DNA from: Myxococcota bacterium
Lineage (GTDB): Bacteria; Myxococcota_A; UBA796; UBA2385
Direction of reading: 5' to 3'
Assembly (NCBI GenBank): GCA_044344255.1
Contig: JBIJDH010000002.1
Location: 288,001-352,000 of the forward strand
DNA length: 64,000 nucleotides
Each line of letters opens with the position of its first letter. Positions within the stretch are counted from its first letter, which is position 1. The notes beneath the pieces were generated by a model that did no database searches, was not told the origin of the DNA, and was given only the letters and a program-made list of their open reading frames with translations. This document shows positions 1-9,883 of this stretch, one piece after another. A program made the translations under genes and the position numbers.

Positions 1-1
1 C

Positions 2-94
2 GGCGAGGCCTATTACCTCTACGTCACCGGATATTCTGGGGCCACCGGGGATGTCGCCACCTACACCGTAGAGCTCGAGTACCTCACGCCCTGA
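2..94 (+). CDS. 3' end of a gene entering from the left, PPC (pre-peptidase C-terminal)-like beta-domain tail
   Basis: Open frame GEAYYLYVTGYSGATGDVATYTVELEYLTP* ending at TGA 92-94. The YYL.V.GY....Y.L pattern is typical of PPC domains. Confidence 0.45.
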   Translation, partial: GEAYYLYVTGYSGATGDVATYTVELEYLTP

Positions 95-134
95 GGGGCA
101 TCAGCCGAGGGGCATCAGCCGAGGGACATCAGCC
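93..134. repeat. 14-bp tandem repeat, 3 copies (GAGGGGCATCAGCC x2, GAGGGACATCAGCC)
   Basis: Read directly at 93-106, 107-120 and 121-134. It overlaps the ttcA stop. Confidence 0.9.
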
Positions 135-912
135 CCTCGTCTGTCCCCTTGGCGCCGCCTTCGCCGAGACGGGCGAGGAGCTCGGCGTCGAGGAGGTGGC
201 TCGGCACCACCTTGCCGAGGGCGGCGAAGAGGTTTCCGGGGACGTTGTCGTTCTCGGCGGTGAGCTCGGCGACGAGCCGCTTGACCCGCTTCCGCTGGAG
301 GTGCTCCTGGCTGCCGCAGAGGTCACAGGGGATGATGGGGAAGGCCTGCTCGGCGGCGTAGGTGATGAGGTCCTCCTCCCGCACATAAGCGAGCGGGCGG
401 ATGACCACGTTGCGCCCGTCGTCGGAGACGAGGCGCGGCGGCATCGAGGAGATGCGCCCGGAGTAGAAGAGGTTGAGGAGGAGGGTCTCCACCATGTCGT
501 CGCGGTGGTGGCCGAGGGCGATCTTGGTGCAGCCGAGCTCCACGGCGGCATTGTAGAGGATCCCGCGGCGGAGGCGGGAGCAGAGCGAGCAGAAGGTCTT
601 TCCGACCGGGATCTTCTCCTGCACGATCGAGTAGGTGTCCTGCTTGAGCATCCGCACCTCGACCGCCTGCGCGCGGAGCCAGGCCTCGAGGCGGTCGGCC
701 GGGAAGCCGGGGTGGCCCTGGTCGAGGTTCACGGCGACGAGCGAGAAGGGAAAGGGCGCCCGCGCCTGGATTTTTTGCAGCAGGCGCAGCATGGCGAAGG
801 AGTCTTTGCCGCCGGAGACGCAGACCATCACGCGGTCATCGGGCTCGATGAGCCGGAAGTCGGCGCTGGCCCGCGCGACCTCGGCGGTGAGCTTGTGTTC
901 CAGGCGATTCAC
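115..912 (-). CDS. ttcA: tRNA 2-thiocytidine(32) synthetase TtcA
   Basis: PP-loop SGGKDS, CSLCSRLRRG, GHHRDD and PCDLCGSQ. GTG start at 912 with a GGAG RBS. Confidence 0.93.
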   Translation of the reverse strand: MNRLEHKLTAEVARASADFRLIEPDDRVMVCVSGGKDSFAMLRLLQKIQARAPFPFSLVAVNLDQGHPGFPADRLEAWLRAQAVEVRMLKQDTYSIVQEKIPVGKTFCSLCSRLRRGILYNAAVELGCTKIALGHHRDDMVETLLLNLFYSGRISSMPPRLVSDDGRNVVIRPLAYVREEDLITYAAEQAFPIIPCDLCGSQEHLQRKRVKRLVAELTAENDNVPGNLFAALGKVVPSHLLDAELLARLGEGGAKGTDEGLMSLG

Positions 913-1072
913 GTGTGCTCCAGGCGGTTCATGGGGGCCCCCGGCGGGCGTCCAGCACCTACCCGCGGCGCGGGGCTGGCGCCAAGCCGGGCGTCGCGCC
1001 GTGTCGAAGGCCGGCGGCCGCGCTACGGGGCCCGGAGACGTCTCGTGTTCTCTGTCGAAGGAGGAGAGGCCC

Positions 1073-2020
1073 ATGTCGGCCATCCAGGTCCGGGAGCTCC
1101 ACAAGTCCTACGGCAATCATGTCGCCTTGCGCGGCATCAGCTTCGAGGTGAACGAGGGCGAGGTGGTCGGCTTCCTTGGGCCCAACGGGGCGGGCAAGAG
1201 CACGGCGATGAAGATCATCACCGGATTCCTCGCGCCCTCGGGGGGCTCGGCGGCCATCCAGGGCCACGACGTGCTGCTCTCACCCATCGAGGCCCGAGGA
1301 AAGATCGGCTACCTCCCGGAGAACGCTCCGATCTATCCGGACATGGTGGTGCGCGACTTCCTCGAGTATGTCGGGCGGGTGCGCGGGCTGGGGCGCGCCG
1401 AGCGCGCGACCGCCATCGAGCGGGTGGCCGATCAGTGCGGCATCCCCGATCGCCTCGGCCAGCGGGTGGGGGAGCTCTCCAAGGGCTACCGCCAGCGGGT
1501 CGGGCTCGCGCAGGCCCTCATCCACAGCCCGCCCATCCTCATCCTCGATGAGCCCACCACCGGCCTCGACCCCAACCAGATCGTCGAGATCCGCAACCTC
1601 ATCCGAGAGATCGGCCGCCACAAGACCGTGGTGCTGTCCACCCACATCCTCTCCGAGGTCCAGGCCACCTGTGACCGCGTGGTGATCATCAACCGGGGCA
1701 CGCTGGTGGCGGACGGCGCCACCGATGAGGTCACCACCCGCACCCGCGGCGGTCAGCTCCTCCAGCTCACCCTCGCGCCGGGCAAGGTGGCGCCCTCGGC
1801 CGAGGCCGTCGCCGTGGCGCTGGCCCACGTGAGCGGCGTGGAGCGGGTCAAGGCCATCGAGGCCGCCACATCGGAGCAGTACGCCTTCGAGGTGCTGGCC
1901 AGCGTGGATGTGCGCGCCGAGCTCTTCCGCCTCGCGGTGGATCAAGGGCTCGTGCTGCTGGAGATGTCGCGCGAGAAGTCCAACCTCGAGGAGGTCTTCC
2001 GACGGCTCACCCAGCGCTGA
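1073..2020 (+). CDS. ABC transporter ATP-binding protein (GldA/ABC-2 type)
   Basis: Walker A GPNGAGKST, signature LSKGYRQR and Walker B ILILDEPT. AAGGAGG RBS before ATG 1073. Confidence 0.9.
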   Translation: MSAIQVRELHKSYGNHVALRGISFEVNEGEVVGFLGPNGAGKSTAMKIITGFLAPSGGSAAIQGHDVLLSPIEARGKIGYLPENAPIYPDMVVRDFLEYVGRVRGLGRAERATAIERVADQCGIPDRLGQRVGELSKGYRQRVGLAQALIHSPPILILDEPTTGLDPNQIVEIRNLIREIGRHKTVVLSTHILSEVQATCDRVVIINRGTLVADGATDEVTTRTRGGQLLQLTLAPGKVAPSAEAVAVALAHVSGVERVKAIEAATSEQYAFEVLASVDVRAELFRLAVDQGLVLLEMSREKSNLEEVFRRLTQR

Positions 2021-2963
2021 CGGCGATCAACATCTTGATCGCCACCCCGGCCAGGCCGAGCAGCAAGATCAGGCCGATGATCAAGCCGTAGGGCGGCTTT
2101 CGACGCATATCGACCACCGGCGCCGGGCGAGAGACCTGCGGAGGCGGAGCGGCGGGTGTCGGTGCGGGCAGGCTCGGCTGCTCGGGCGGCGTCGTCGGCT
2201 CCCCAACCTCCGCGGCGGCGTCCGCGGCGCTGAGACCGGCGTCGGTGCGCTTCCAGCCTCCGCGGGCGGCGCGGGAGGCCACGGGGGCCTGAACGCGGTC
2301 CGAGACGGTGAGCACGACGGCGAACTCGGGGTGATCGGCGAGTCGAGTGAAGGCCGCCGTGCCCGGGACGCGCACGCGCTCGTCCCCCGTCAGGCGCCCG
2401 AGGTACAGCATCTCCCGCAGCGTGACCCGGTCATAGGGGCCTTGGATGCTGTCTCCTTGCGCGAGCTGGAGCTCGAAGGCGGCGGGGAGCGCGGGCTCGT
2501 GGATCGGGCCCAGCGGCGCCTCGGCGGCGACGACCGGCGCAGCACCCTCGGTGGCGCCCATCGGCGGAGGGTTGGGTGGGGGGCTGGGCGGGAGGGACAG
2601 GGCCGGCGCCGGGGAGGGGTCTCTCTGCGGGGGGAGGGAGGCGGGGAGGCCCCCTACCGGCTTGGACAGGTTGATGCTCCGCACCCGCGGCGGCGGCGCG
2701 GCGGGATCGGCGGCGCGAGGCGCCGTGGAGAGGGAGCGGGGCGAGGGCGGCGGCGGGAGCACCGCTGGGCGGGCCACGATGGTGGCGGCCTCATCGGCCA
2801 GCTCGTCGGGGTACGCCGGGGCGGGGGTGGGCGAGAGGCCATCGGCGTCGGGGTCATCGATGTCGCCCACCGACCGCGAGAGACCACAGCGGCCGCAGGA
2901 GGCCGGCAGGACGCCCCGCACGGGGACCAAGGGTTCCCCACACTTCGGACATGGGTTCATCAT
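2007..2963 (-). CDS. Zn-ribbon / Pro-rich / GYF_2-like membrane-anchored protein
   Basis: N-terminal CPKC...CGRC, Pro-rich linker, QGPYDRVTLREMLYLGRLTGDERV (GYF_2-like) and a C-terminal TM helix. Confidence 0.6.
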   Translation of the reverse strand: MMNPCPKCGEPLVPVRGVLPASCGRCGLSRSVGDIDDPDADGLSPTPAPAYPDELADEAATIVARPAVLPPPPSPRSLSTAPRAADPAAPPPRVRSINLSKPVGGLPASLPPQRDPSPAPALSLPPSPPPNPPPMGATEGAAPVVAAEAPLGPIHEPALPAAFELQLAQGDSIQGPYDRVTLREMLYLGRLTGDERVRVPGTAAFTRLADHPEFAVVLTVSDRVQAPVASRAARGGWKRTDAGLSAADAAAEVGEPTTPPEQPSLPAPTPAAPPPQVSRPAPVVDMRRKPPYGLIIGLILLLGLAGVAIKMLIAVSAG

Positions 2964-3006
2964 CGGCGGAATGTAGCACCCCGACGGATGGGATACCCGC
3001 ACCGTC

Positions 3007-4980
3007 ATGTCCGCCGATCCCCCGAAGAGCCCTCGCAGTCCAGACCTCCGGGCCGCGTCCGGGCGCGCCCCGAACGCCAAGGGGGCGGCGGCGCCCGCGC
3101 TGCGGGAGGGCGCTCCGGACGCACGAGAGCACCGGATCATCGGCACCGCCGGGCACATCGATCATGGCAAGACCAGCCTCATCCGGGCCCTCACCGGGGT
3201 GGACCTCGACGCGTCTCCCGAGGAGAAGGCACGGGGCATCACGATCAGCCTCGGCTTCACCCACAAGCGCCTGCCGTCGGGGCGCCAGGCCTCCTTCATC
3301 GACGTGCCGGGTCATGAGCGGCTCGTCCGCACGATGATCGCCGGCGCGACGGGGCTCGACGCCGTGATGCTCTGTGTGTCGGCGGTGGAGGGCGTCATGC
3401 CCCAGACCCGCGAACACCTGGCGATCCTCGGCCTGTTGGGCATTGAGCGTGGCCTTGTCGCCCTGACCATGACCGATCTCGCTGATCCCGACACCCTCGC
3501 CCTCGCTCGGATGGACGTCGAAGAGGCGGTGGCGGGCACCTTCCTCGAGGGGGCGCCCATCCTCGAGACCTCCGCCGGCCCCGAGCCCACGGGGCTGGAC
3601 GCCCTCCTCCTCGCCCTCGACGACCTCCCTCCCCGGGCCGCCGCGCAGGAGGGCCCCTTCCGCCTCCCGGTTGACCGCGCCTTCGTGCGCAGGGGCTTTG
3701 GCACGGTGGTCACCGGGACCGCGCGCAGCGGCGCGCTGAGCGACGGTGAGGAGGTGGAGGTCCTGCCTGCGGGGATCCGCTGCCGCGTGCGCGGGATCCA
3801 GGTGCACGGCGAGCGCTGGTCGGGCACCCGGGCCGGCCTCCGCACCGCCCTCAACCTGAGCGGGGTCGAGCGGGATGACCTCGAGCGCGGCATGGTCGTC
3901 GTGCGCCCCGGCAGCCTGGTCGCCGGCAGCGTGGTCGACGCCCGCTATCAGCACCTCCCTGGGGCGCCCCTCCTCGAAGACGGCGACCGAGTGCGGATCC
4001 TCGTCGGGACCGCCGAGGAGATGGCCGTCGTGACCGTGATCGGCCTCGAGGGAGATCGGGCCGAGGAGGCGGCAGATCCGGGAGCGCTGGCCGTGTTCGG
4101 CGGAGAGGTCGCGTGGCTGCAGCTCCGCCTCGACGGCCCGATCGTCACCCTGCCCGGGGATCGGTTCGTCCTCCGCCGAGAGTCCCCCGTCGAGACGCTG
4201 GGCGGCGGCCTGATCCTCGATCCCTGGGCCCCCCGCGCGCGCCGTCGAGACCGATTGGCCACTCGGGAGGCCCTGCGCGCGCTCCACGGCGGTGATCGGA
4301 TGGTCTTGCTCGAGCGGGCAGGGGACGCCGGGCTCGACGCCGCCGGGCTCGTGGCCCGACAGGTCCGAGGTGGCGTGGAGCTCGGCGACCGTCACCTCCA
4401 CCCCGCTCGGGTGCGCCTCCTTGAAGCCACGCTGCTGGCCGCGCTCTCGGCCTGGCATCGCGCGCGGCCCCTCCTCCCGGGCGCGCCTCGGCGCGAGCTC
4501 CACGGCGCCGAGCTGCCGCAGCTCAGCGAGCGCGCCTTTGACGCCCTCGTGGCGGGGCTCGCCGCGTCGGGGCAGGTGGCCCTGGAGGGCCCACGCCTGC
4601 GCTTGCCCGACTTTCAGGTCACGCTCGACGCGGGCCAGCGCGCCCGCACGGCGGCGATCGAGGCGGAGCTCCAGGCCGCGGGCCTCGAGGGCCCGAAGGC
4701 CGGTGAGCTCCTGGGGCGAGAGCCCGATCTGGTCTTCCTCCTCCTCGAGGCGGGCACGGCGGTCCGGGTGGGGGAGCACATCCTCCACGCCGCCGCCCTG
4801 ACCGGGCTCGAGGCCGCCGTGCTCGCCTTCTTCGCCGGTCACGAGGAGCTCAGCCCCATCGACTTCAAGGAGCTGACCGGCCTCAGCCGCAAGCACGCCA
4901 TCCCCCTCCTCGAGTGGCTGGACGCGCGGCGGATCACCCTGCGTCGGGGCGACGGGCGGGTCCGTTTCGTCTTGTCTTGA
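3007..4980 (+). CDS. selB: Selenocysteine-specific translation elongation factor
   Basis: [20 protein letters not shown] and DVPGHE, plus the C-terminal winged helix [15 protein letters not shown]. Confidence 0.93.
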   Translation: MSADPPKSPRSPDLRAASGRAPNAKGAAAPALREGAPDAREHRIIGTAGHIDHGKTSLIRALTGVDLDASPEEKARGITISLGFTHKRLPSGRQASFIDVPGHERLVRTMIAGATGLDAVMLCVSAVEGVMPQTREHLAILGLLGIERGLVALTMTDLADPDTLALARMDVEEAVAGTFLEGAPILETSAGPEPTGLDALLLALDDLPPRAAAQEGPFRLPVDRAFVRRGFGTVVTGTARSGALSDGEEVEVLPAGIRCRVRGIQVHGERWSGTRAGLRTALNLSGVERDDLERGMVVVRPGSLVAGSVVDARYQHLPGAPLLEDGDRVRILVGTAEEMAVVTVIGLEGDRAEEAADPGALAVFGGEVAWLQLRLDGPIVTLPGDRFVLRRESPVETLGGGLILDPWAPRARRRDRLATREALRALHGGDRMVLLERAGDAGLDAAGLVARQVRGGVELGDRHLHPARVRLLEATLLAALSAWHRARPLLPGAPRRELHGAELPQLSERAFDALVAGLAASGQVALEGPRLRLPDFQVTLDAGQRARTAAIEAELQAAGLEGPKAGELLGREPDLVFLLLEAGTAVRVGEHILHAAALTGLEAAVLAFFAGHEELSPIDFKELTGLSRKHAIPLLEWLDARRITLRRGDGRVRFVLS

Positions 4981-5057
4981 GCCTTCCGCCGCTTCGGGGC
5001 CCCGCGGGGGACCGCGGCTCGTCGGTTGGGTTAGGCCTCCCGCCTCGGAGGTCTTCC

Positions 5058-6308
5058 GTGTCTGAACTGAGCGCGCCGCCCCTCGCCCCTGTCGCCGTAG
5101 ACGATCTTGGCACCGCCAACAGCGAGCTCCTCATCGGCCTCGCAGACCAGTACGGCGCCCACAACTACCACCCGCTGCCGATCGTGGTGACGCGGGCCCT
5201 CGGCTGCTGGGTGCAGGACCCCTCCGGGCGCCGCTACCTCGACATGCTGTCGAGCTACTCGGCCCTGAACCAGGGGCACCGTCACCCGAAGATCATCGGC
5301 GCCCTCAAAGACCAGGCCGACCGGGTGACCCTGACGAGCCGGGCCTTCCACAATGATCAGCTCGGCCCCTTCCTCCAGAAGCTCTGCGAGGTCACCGGCT
5401 TCCCCCGCGTGCTGCCGATGAACTCGGGGGCCGAGGCGGTGGAGACGGGCATCAAGGCCTGCCGAAAGTGGGGCTACAAGGTCAAGGGGATCCCTCACGA
5501 CCAGGCCGAGATCATCGTCTGTGCCGACAACTTCCACGGCCGCACCACCACGATCGTGAGCTTCTCCACCGAGGCACAGTACCGGGACGGCTTCGGCCCC
5601 TTCACGCCGGGCTTCAAGGTCATCCCCTTCGGGGACGCCGACGCGTTGGAGGCCGCGATCACGCCGAACACGGCCGCCTTCCTGGTCGAGCCCATCCAGG
5701 CCGAGGCGGGCATCTTGATGCCGGCCCCGGGCTACCTCTCGCGGGTCCGGGAGATCTGCACCCGTCACAACGTGCTGTTCTTCGCCGACGAGATCCAGAC
5801 CGGCCTCGGGCGCACGGGCCAGATGTTCGCCTGCGACGCCGAGGGCGTGAAGCCCGACTGCATGTCCCTCGGCAAGGCCCTGGGCGGCGGCGTCTTGCCG
5901 GTGAGCGCCTTCGTGGCGACCGACGAGGTGATGGCGGTCTTCCACCCGGGAGATCACGGCTCCACCTTCGGCGGGAACCCCTTGGCGGCCGCGGTCGCTC
6001 GCGCCTCGCTCGAGGTGCTGACCGACGAGCACCTCGCCGCTCGCGCGGCGGAGCTCGGGGGCTACCTGATGGGCCAGCTCCGAGAGATCAACTCCCCCCA
6101 CGTCCGCGAGATCCGCGGCGCGGGCTTGCTGGTCGGCATCGACATCCGCGCCGAGAGCGGCAAGGCGCGCCCCTTCTGCGAGCGGCTGATGGAGCGCGGG
6201 GTGCTCTGTAAGGAGACCCACGATCAGGTCATCCGCCTCGCGCCGCCCCTCGTCATCGAGCGTGACGAGATCGACTGGGCGGTCGAGCAGCTCCGAGCCG
6301 TGCTCTGA
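5058..6308 (+). CDS. rocD: Ornithine--oxo-acid transaminase
   Basis: [46 protein letters not shown] and [14 protein letters not shown] start after GGAGG. Confidence 0.93.
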   Translation: MSELSAPPLAPVAVDDLGTANSELLIGLADQYGAHNYHPLPIVVTRALGCWVQDPSGRRYLDMLSSYSALNQGHRHPKIIGALKDQADRVTLTSRAFHNDQLGPFLQKLCEVTGFPRVLPMNSGAEAVETGIKACRKWGYKVKGIPHDQAEIIVCADNFHGRTTTIVSFSTEAQYRDGFGPFTPGFKVIPFGDADALEAAITPNTAAFLVEPIQAEAGILMPAPGYLSRVREICTRHNVLFFADEIQTGLGRTGQMFACDAEGVKPDCMSLGKALGGGVLPVSAFVATDEVMAVFHPGDHGSTFGGNPLAAAVARASLEVLTDEHLAARAAELGGYLMGQLREINSPHVREIRGAGLLVGIDIRAESGKARPFCERLMERGVLCKETHDQVIRLAPPLVIERDEIDWAVEQLRAVL

Positions 6309-6309
6309 C

Positions 6310-7083
6310 GTGACCACACCTTACAAAGCACCCTTCGTCTGGGACCTCCGGCTCACCCACGAGGGGGGCCGCTCGCTTCGCATCGAGCGGCGGGGGCGCG
6401 GCTTCCGCTTTGATCCCCACAGCGCGCCGATCCCGACCGAGGTCTCGGTGTTGACCGGTCCGTGGGCCACCAGCCTCGACGCGATGTCGTCGGCGGTGCG
6501 ATCGGCCTCGCAGCCCACCCTCGTGGCGGAGGGAGAGCTGAGGGCCTTTCTGGAGGGGCAGGGGCCGGTAATGGCGGTCAAGGCGCCCTGCTCGCTCGAC
6601 GGCGTACAGGTGTCGCTGCGGGAGGCCCCGGTGCCGCCCGATGAGCCCTTGGCGTCGCGGGCTCAGCAGGCGCTCCGGCCCGTCCGCGCGGTCGCTCACC
6701 TGCTCGCGCGGTCCCGACGGCCCCGCTCGGCCCCCCAAGCGGTGGAGCTCCGCTTCCCCTCCGGTCGTCGGCTGGTTCACCTCGGCCTCGCGCTCCACGA
6801 AGGCACGCCGGCGGACTGGATCGAGGGCGTGGTCCGCGAGTGGGGGGCACCGGACTGGCTGGTGCTCGGCGCGGCTTATGGTCAGGAGTCGGCCGCGGCC
6901 GCGCTCCTCCCTCGCCTCGGCGCCGGCAAGGTGCTCGTGACCGACCTCGTCGGCGATGAGCGCCGGGAGCGCGGTCTCCCGGCTCGCCTGCTCACGCCGA
7001 TGGTGGATGAGCTTCGACGGGGCGGCATCGACGCCTATGTCTTCGTGCACGGCGCCTCGATGCGCTTCGAGGACGGCGCGTGA
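6310..7083 (+). CDS. Hypothetical protein, possibly a degenerate metallo-beta-lactamase fold
   Basis: Starts 1 nt after the rocD stop. FRFDP and GRRLVHLG resemble MBL strands, but there is no HxHxDH. Confidence 0.5.
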   Translation: MTTPYKAPFVWDLRLTHEGGRSLRIERRGRGFRFDPHSAPIPTEVSVLTGPWATSLDAMSSAVRSASQPTLVAEGELRAFLEGQGPVMAVKAPCSLDGVQVSLREAPVPPDEPLASRAQQALRPVRAVAHLLARSRRPRSAPQAVELRFPSGRRLVHLGLALHEGTPADWIEGVVREWGAPDWLVLGAAYGQESAAAALLPRLGAGKVLVTDLVGDERRERGLPARLLTPMVDELRRGGIDAYVFVHGASMRFEDGA

Positions 7084-7216
7084 CCGCGTCGGGCCCGCGC
7101 CCGCTCTTCGGCCCGATTCCGCGGACGCGATCGTGTCGACGCGGGTTGTCTGCAATCTCCCTCGTCCCCGGACGTAGTCTCCGCTCCACCACCGCCCACC
7201 CCCTCAGGAGGGAACC

Positions 7217-8569
7217 GTGAGCATCTGGAACACGCTCAAGACACACGCCAAGGCGCAGCTCCTCGACGTCATCCAGTGGATGGAAGACGATCGGAGCACG
7301 ATCGTCTACCGCTTCCCCGTCTTCAACCAGGCGATCCAGGATGGAGGCAAGCTGGTGGTCCGCGAAGGGCAAGCGGCGGTCTTCGTCAGCGAAGGCAAGA
7401 TGTCGGAGGTCTTCGGCCCGGGGACGTACGAGATCTCCTCGCGCACGAAGTCGATCGTCGGCTTCTTCGAGAGCATCAAGTACGGGCTCAACTACCCCTA
7501 CAAGGGTGACATCTTCTTCGTCAGCACGCGCCGCTTCACCGACCAGAAGTGGGGCACGGCCAACCCGATCATGCTGTCGGACCCTCAGATTGGCCCCGTC
7601 CGCATCCGCGCCTTCGGCGTCTACGCCTACCGGGTCTCCGATCCGGCCGCTTTGCTGCGCGAGCTCGTGGGGAACCAGGGGCTCTTCACCACCGAAGAGA
7701 TCAGCGGCCAATTCAAGCGCAAGCTCGTGAGCATGTTCGCCGACGCCGTCGGCGAGTCGAAGATGCCCGTGCTGCAGCTCGCGAGCCAGTACTCCGAGAT
7801 CGGCGACGCGATCCGCGAGAAGATCTCCCCCAAGTTCGAGGCGGACTACGGGTTTCAGCTCGTGGACTTCGTCGTCGAGAACATCTCCCTCCCCCCGGAG
7901 GTGGAGAAGATGCTCGACAAGCGGACGAGCATGGGCCTGATCGGCGACATGGGTGCCTTCACCCAGTTCCAGGCGGCGAACGCCATCGAGGCCGCGGCGG
8001 CCCGCCCGGGCGCCGCCAACCCGATGATGGACGCCGGCATGGGCCTCGCGATGGGCGGCATGATGGGCCAGCAGATGATGAATTCCCAGGCTCGCCCTGG
8101 GCAGTTCAACGCCGCCCCCGCGTACCCCGCCGCGCCGCCGCCGCCCCCGGGCCCCGCGCTGCTCCACTACAACGGGCCGGCCGGGCAGGGGCAGTTCAGC
8201 CCGGCTGACGTCGCCCAGAAGGTGGCCGCGAACCGCGGCGCCCCGCACCACCTCTGGGCGCCGGGCTGGCCGGCTTGGAAGGGCTGGGCCGAGGTGCCGG
8301 AGGTGGTGGCGCTCGTGCCCCCCGCCGCGCCCCCCGCGCCGCCGCCGCCGGGCGCCGCCGCGCTGTGGCACTACCACGGGGCCGAAGGGCAGCTGGAGCT
8401 GCCGGCCGCCGCCATCGCCCAGCGCGTGCTGGCCAACCCCAGCGGCCGCCACCTCGTCTGGAAGGCGGGGCTCCCGGGCTGGCAAGAGGCCAGCCAGGTG
8501 GGCGAGATCATGAGCGCGGGCGTGCCGATGCCGCCGCCGCCGCCGCCGTTCCCGCCGCCCCTCGGCTGA
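7217..8569 (+). CDS. SPFH/Band-7 (YdjI-like) protein with two C-terminal GYF_2-like repeats
   Basis: LVVREGQAAVFV..G, KWGTANPI, VRIRAFG and VENISLP, then two repeats of (W)HY.G..GQ...W..G..GW. AGGAGG RBS. Confidence 0.82.
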   Translation: MSIWNTLKTHAKAQLLDVIQWMEDDRSTIVYRFPVFNQAIQDGGKLVVREGQAAVFVSEGKMSEVFGPGTYEISSRTKSIVGFFESIKYGLNYPYKGDIFFVSTRRFTDQKWGTANPIMLSDPQIGPVRIRAFGVYAYRVSDPAALLRELVGNQGLFTTEEISGQFKRKLVSMFADAVGESKMPVLQLASQYSEIGDAIREKISPKFEADYGFQLVDFVVENISLPPEVEKMLDKRTSMGLIGDMGAFTQFQAANAIEAAAARPGAANPMMDAGMGLAMGGMMGQQMMNSQARPGQFNAAPAYPAAPPPPPGPALLHYNGPAGQGQFSPADVAQKVAANRGAPHHLWAPGWPAWKGWAEVPEVVALVPPAAPPAPPPPGAAALWHYHGAEGQLELPAAAIAQRVLANPSGRHLVWKAGLPGWQEASQVGEIMSAGVPMPPPPPPFPPPLG

Positions 8570-8576
8570 AGCGGGC

Positions 8577-9866
8577 GTGTCCCGCCAACCCTGGGACCGC
8601 GGCACGGCGCAGGCCCTCCCGTCGAGCGAGGTGACCCACCTGCACCTGCTGCGGCACGGGCGGGTGGACACCGGAGGTCGGCGCCTCGCTTACGGGCACG
8701 CCGACTACCCGCTCTCGCCGGAGGGGCGGGCGCAAGGGGAGGCCCTGGTCGGGCTGGTGGAGCGGGAGATCCAGGGGGCGGACGGGGTGATCTCGTCGGA
8801 CCTCTCCCGTTGTACGGAGGTGGCCCGCCCGCTCGCCGAGCGGCTGGGCTTGCCGCTGCTCGTCACCCCAGCGCTGCGAGAGCAGGCGATGGGGAGCTGG
8901 GAGGGCCGGAGCTGGGAGGACCTCACCGCCGAAGATGTGAGCGGAGTGCGCGCCTTCTGGAGTGACTACGCGCGCGCGCGGCCGCCGGGCGGCGAGAACC
9001 TCGAAGACCTCGAGCGCCGGGTCGATGCCTTCTTTGAAGAGCGCTGGGCCGACCTGCGGGGCCGCCGCTGGCTCGTGGTGGCGCATGTGGGCGTCATCCG
9101 CGTGATCCTCACGCGCCAGCTCGGGCTGCCCGTGGGGGAGGCGCTGCGCTTCACGCCGCTCCCTGGCACCCACACCTGGCTCCTGCTCGCAGAGGCAGGG
9201 GCGGTGCTCCAAGTGCTCGGGGAGCGGCCGCGCCCGATGGACGCTGGGGCGGCGGGGGAGCCGCGCCGCGCCTCGGTGATCGCGCCGCGAGGGGCTCGCC
9301 CTCGGGTCGCCCTCTCCGGGAGCGCCGGCACGGGCAAGACCACCCTCGCGATGGCCCTCGCGCAGCACCTCGACCTGCCCTACATCCCCGAGGGGATGCG
9401 GCGCCGCATCGAGGGGGGGCTCGACCTGCACGCCCTCGATCACGGCGGGCTCCGTCGGCTGGTCCTGGCGCTCTGGGAGGAGCAGGTGGAAGCCGAGGAG
9501 GCCTGCCTCCGCGACCACGGCGGCTTCGTCTCAGACCGCTCCCCCCTTGACTATGCGGCGTTCTGGCTGCTCTACCGCTTCACGGATGACACGACCGCGA
9601 CGGAGCGGCTGTTCGAGGCGGTGGCCGAGCGGCTCGACCGGCTCGACCGCGTCGTGCTCCTCCCCTGGGGGGTGCTGCCGCTCCAAGCCGACGGGGTTCG
9701 GTCCACGAACCCTTGGGTGCAGCGGCACTTTCAAGCCTTGGTGGAGGGCCTGCTCCAGCGGCAGCTCGATCCCCGCCGCCTCGCGTCGCTGCCCGACTTG
9801 CAGAGCCTCGACCACCGCCTCGCCTGGGTGATCGACCACCTCGAGGAGGCCGGCACCCGGGGATGA
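8577..9866 (+). CDS. Histidine phosphatase fused to an AAA_28/NadR-like P-loop kinase
   Basis: LLRHG, SSDLSRC, LRE..MGSWEG and VAHVGVI, followed by GSAGTGKTT, SDRSPLD and ADGVR. Confidence 0.85.
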   Translation: MSRQPWDRGTAQALPSSEVTHLHLLRHGRVDTGGRRLAYGHADYPLSPEGRAQGEALVGLVEREIQGADGVISSDLSRCTEVARPLAERLGLPLLVTPALREQAMGSWEGRSWEDLTAEDVSGVRAFWSDYARARPPGGENLEDLERRVDAFFEERWADLRGRRWLVVAHVGVIRVILTRQLGLPVGEALRFTPLPGTHTWLLLAEAGAVLQVLGERPRPMDAGAAGEPRRASVIAPRGARPRVALSGSAGTGKTTLAMALAQHLDLPYIPEGMRRRIEGGLDLHALDHGGLRRLVLALWEEQVEAEEACLRDHGGFVSDRSPLDYAAFWLLYRFTDDTTATERLFEAVAERLDRLDRVVLLPWGVLPLQADGVRSTNPWVQRHFQALVEGLLQRQLDPRRLASLPDLQSLDHRLAWVIDHLEEAGTRG

Positions 9867-9883
9867 GGACGGCCGCCACAGGC

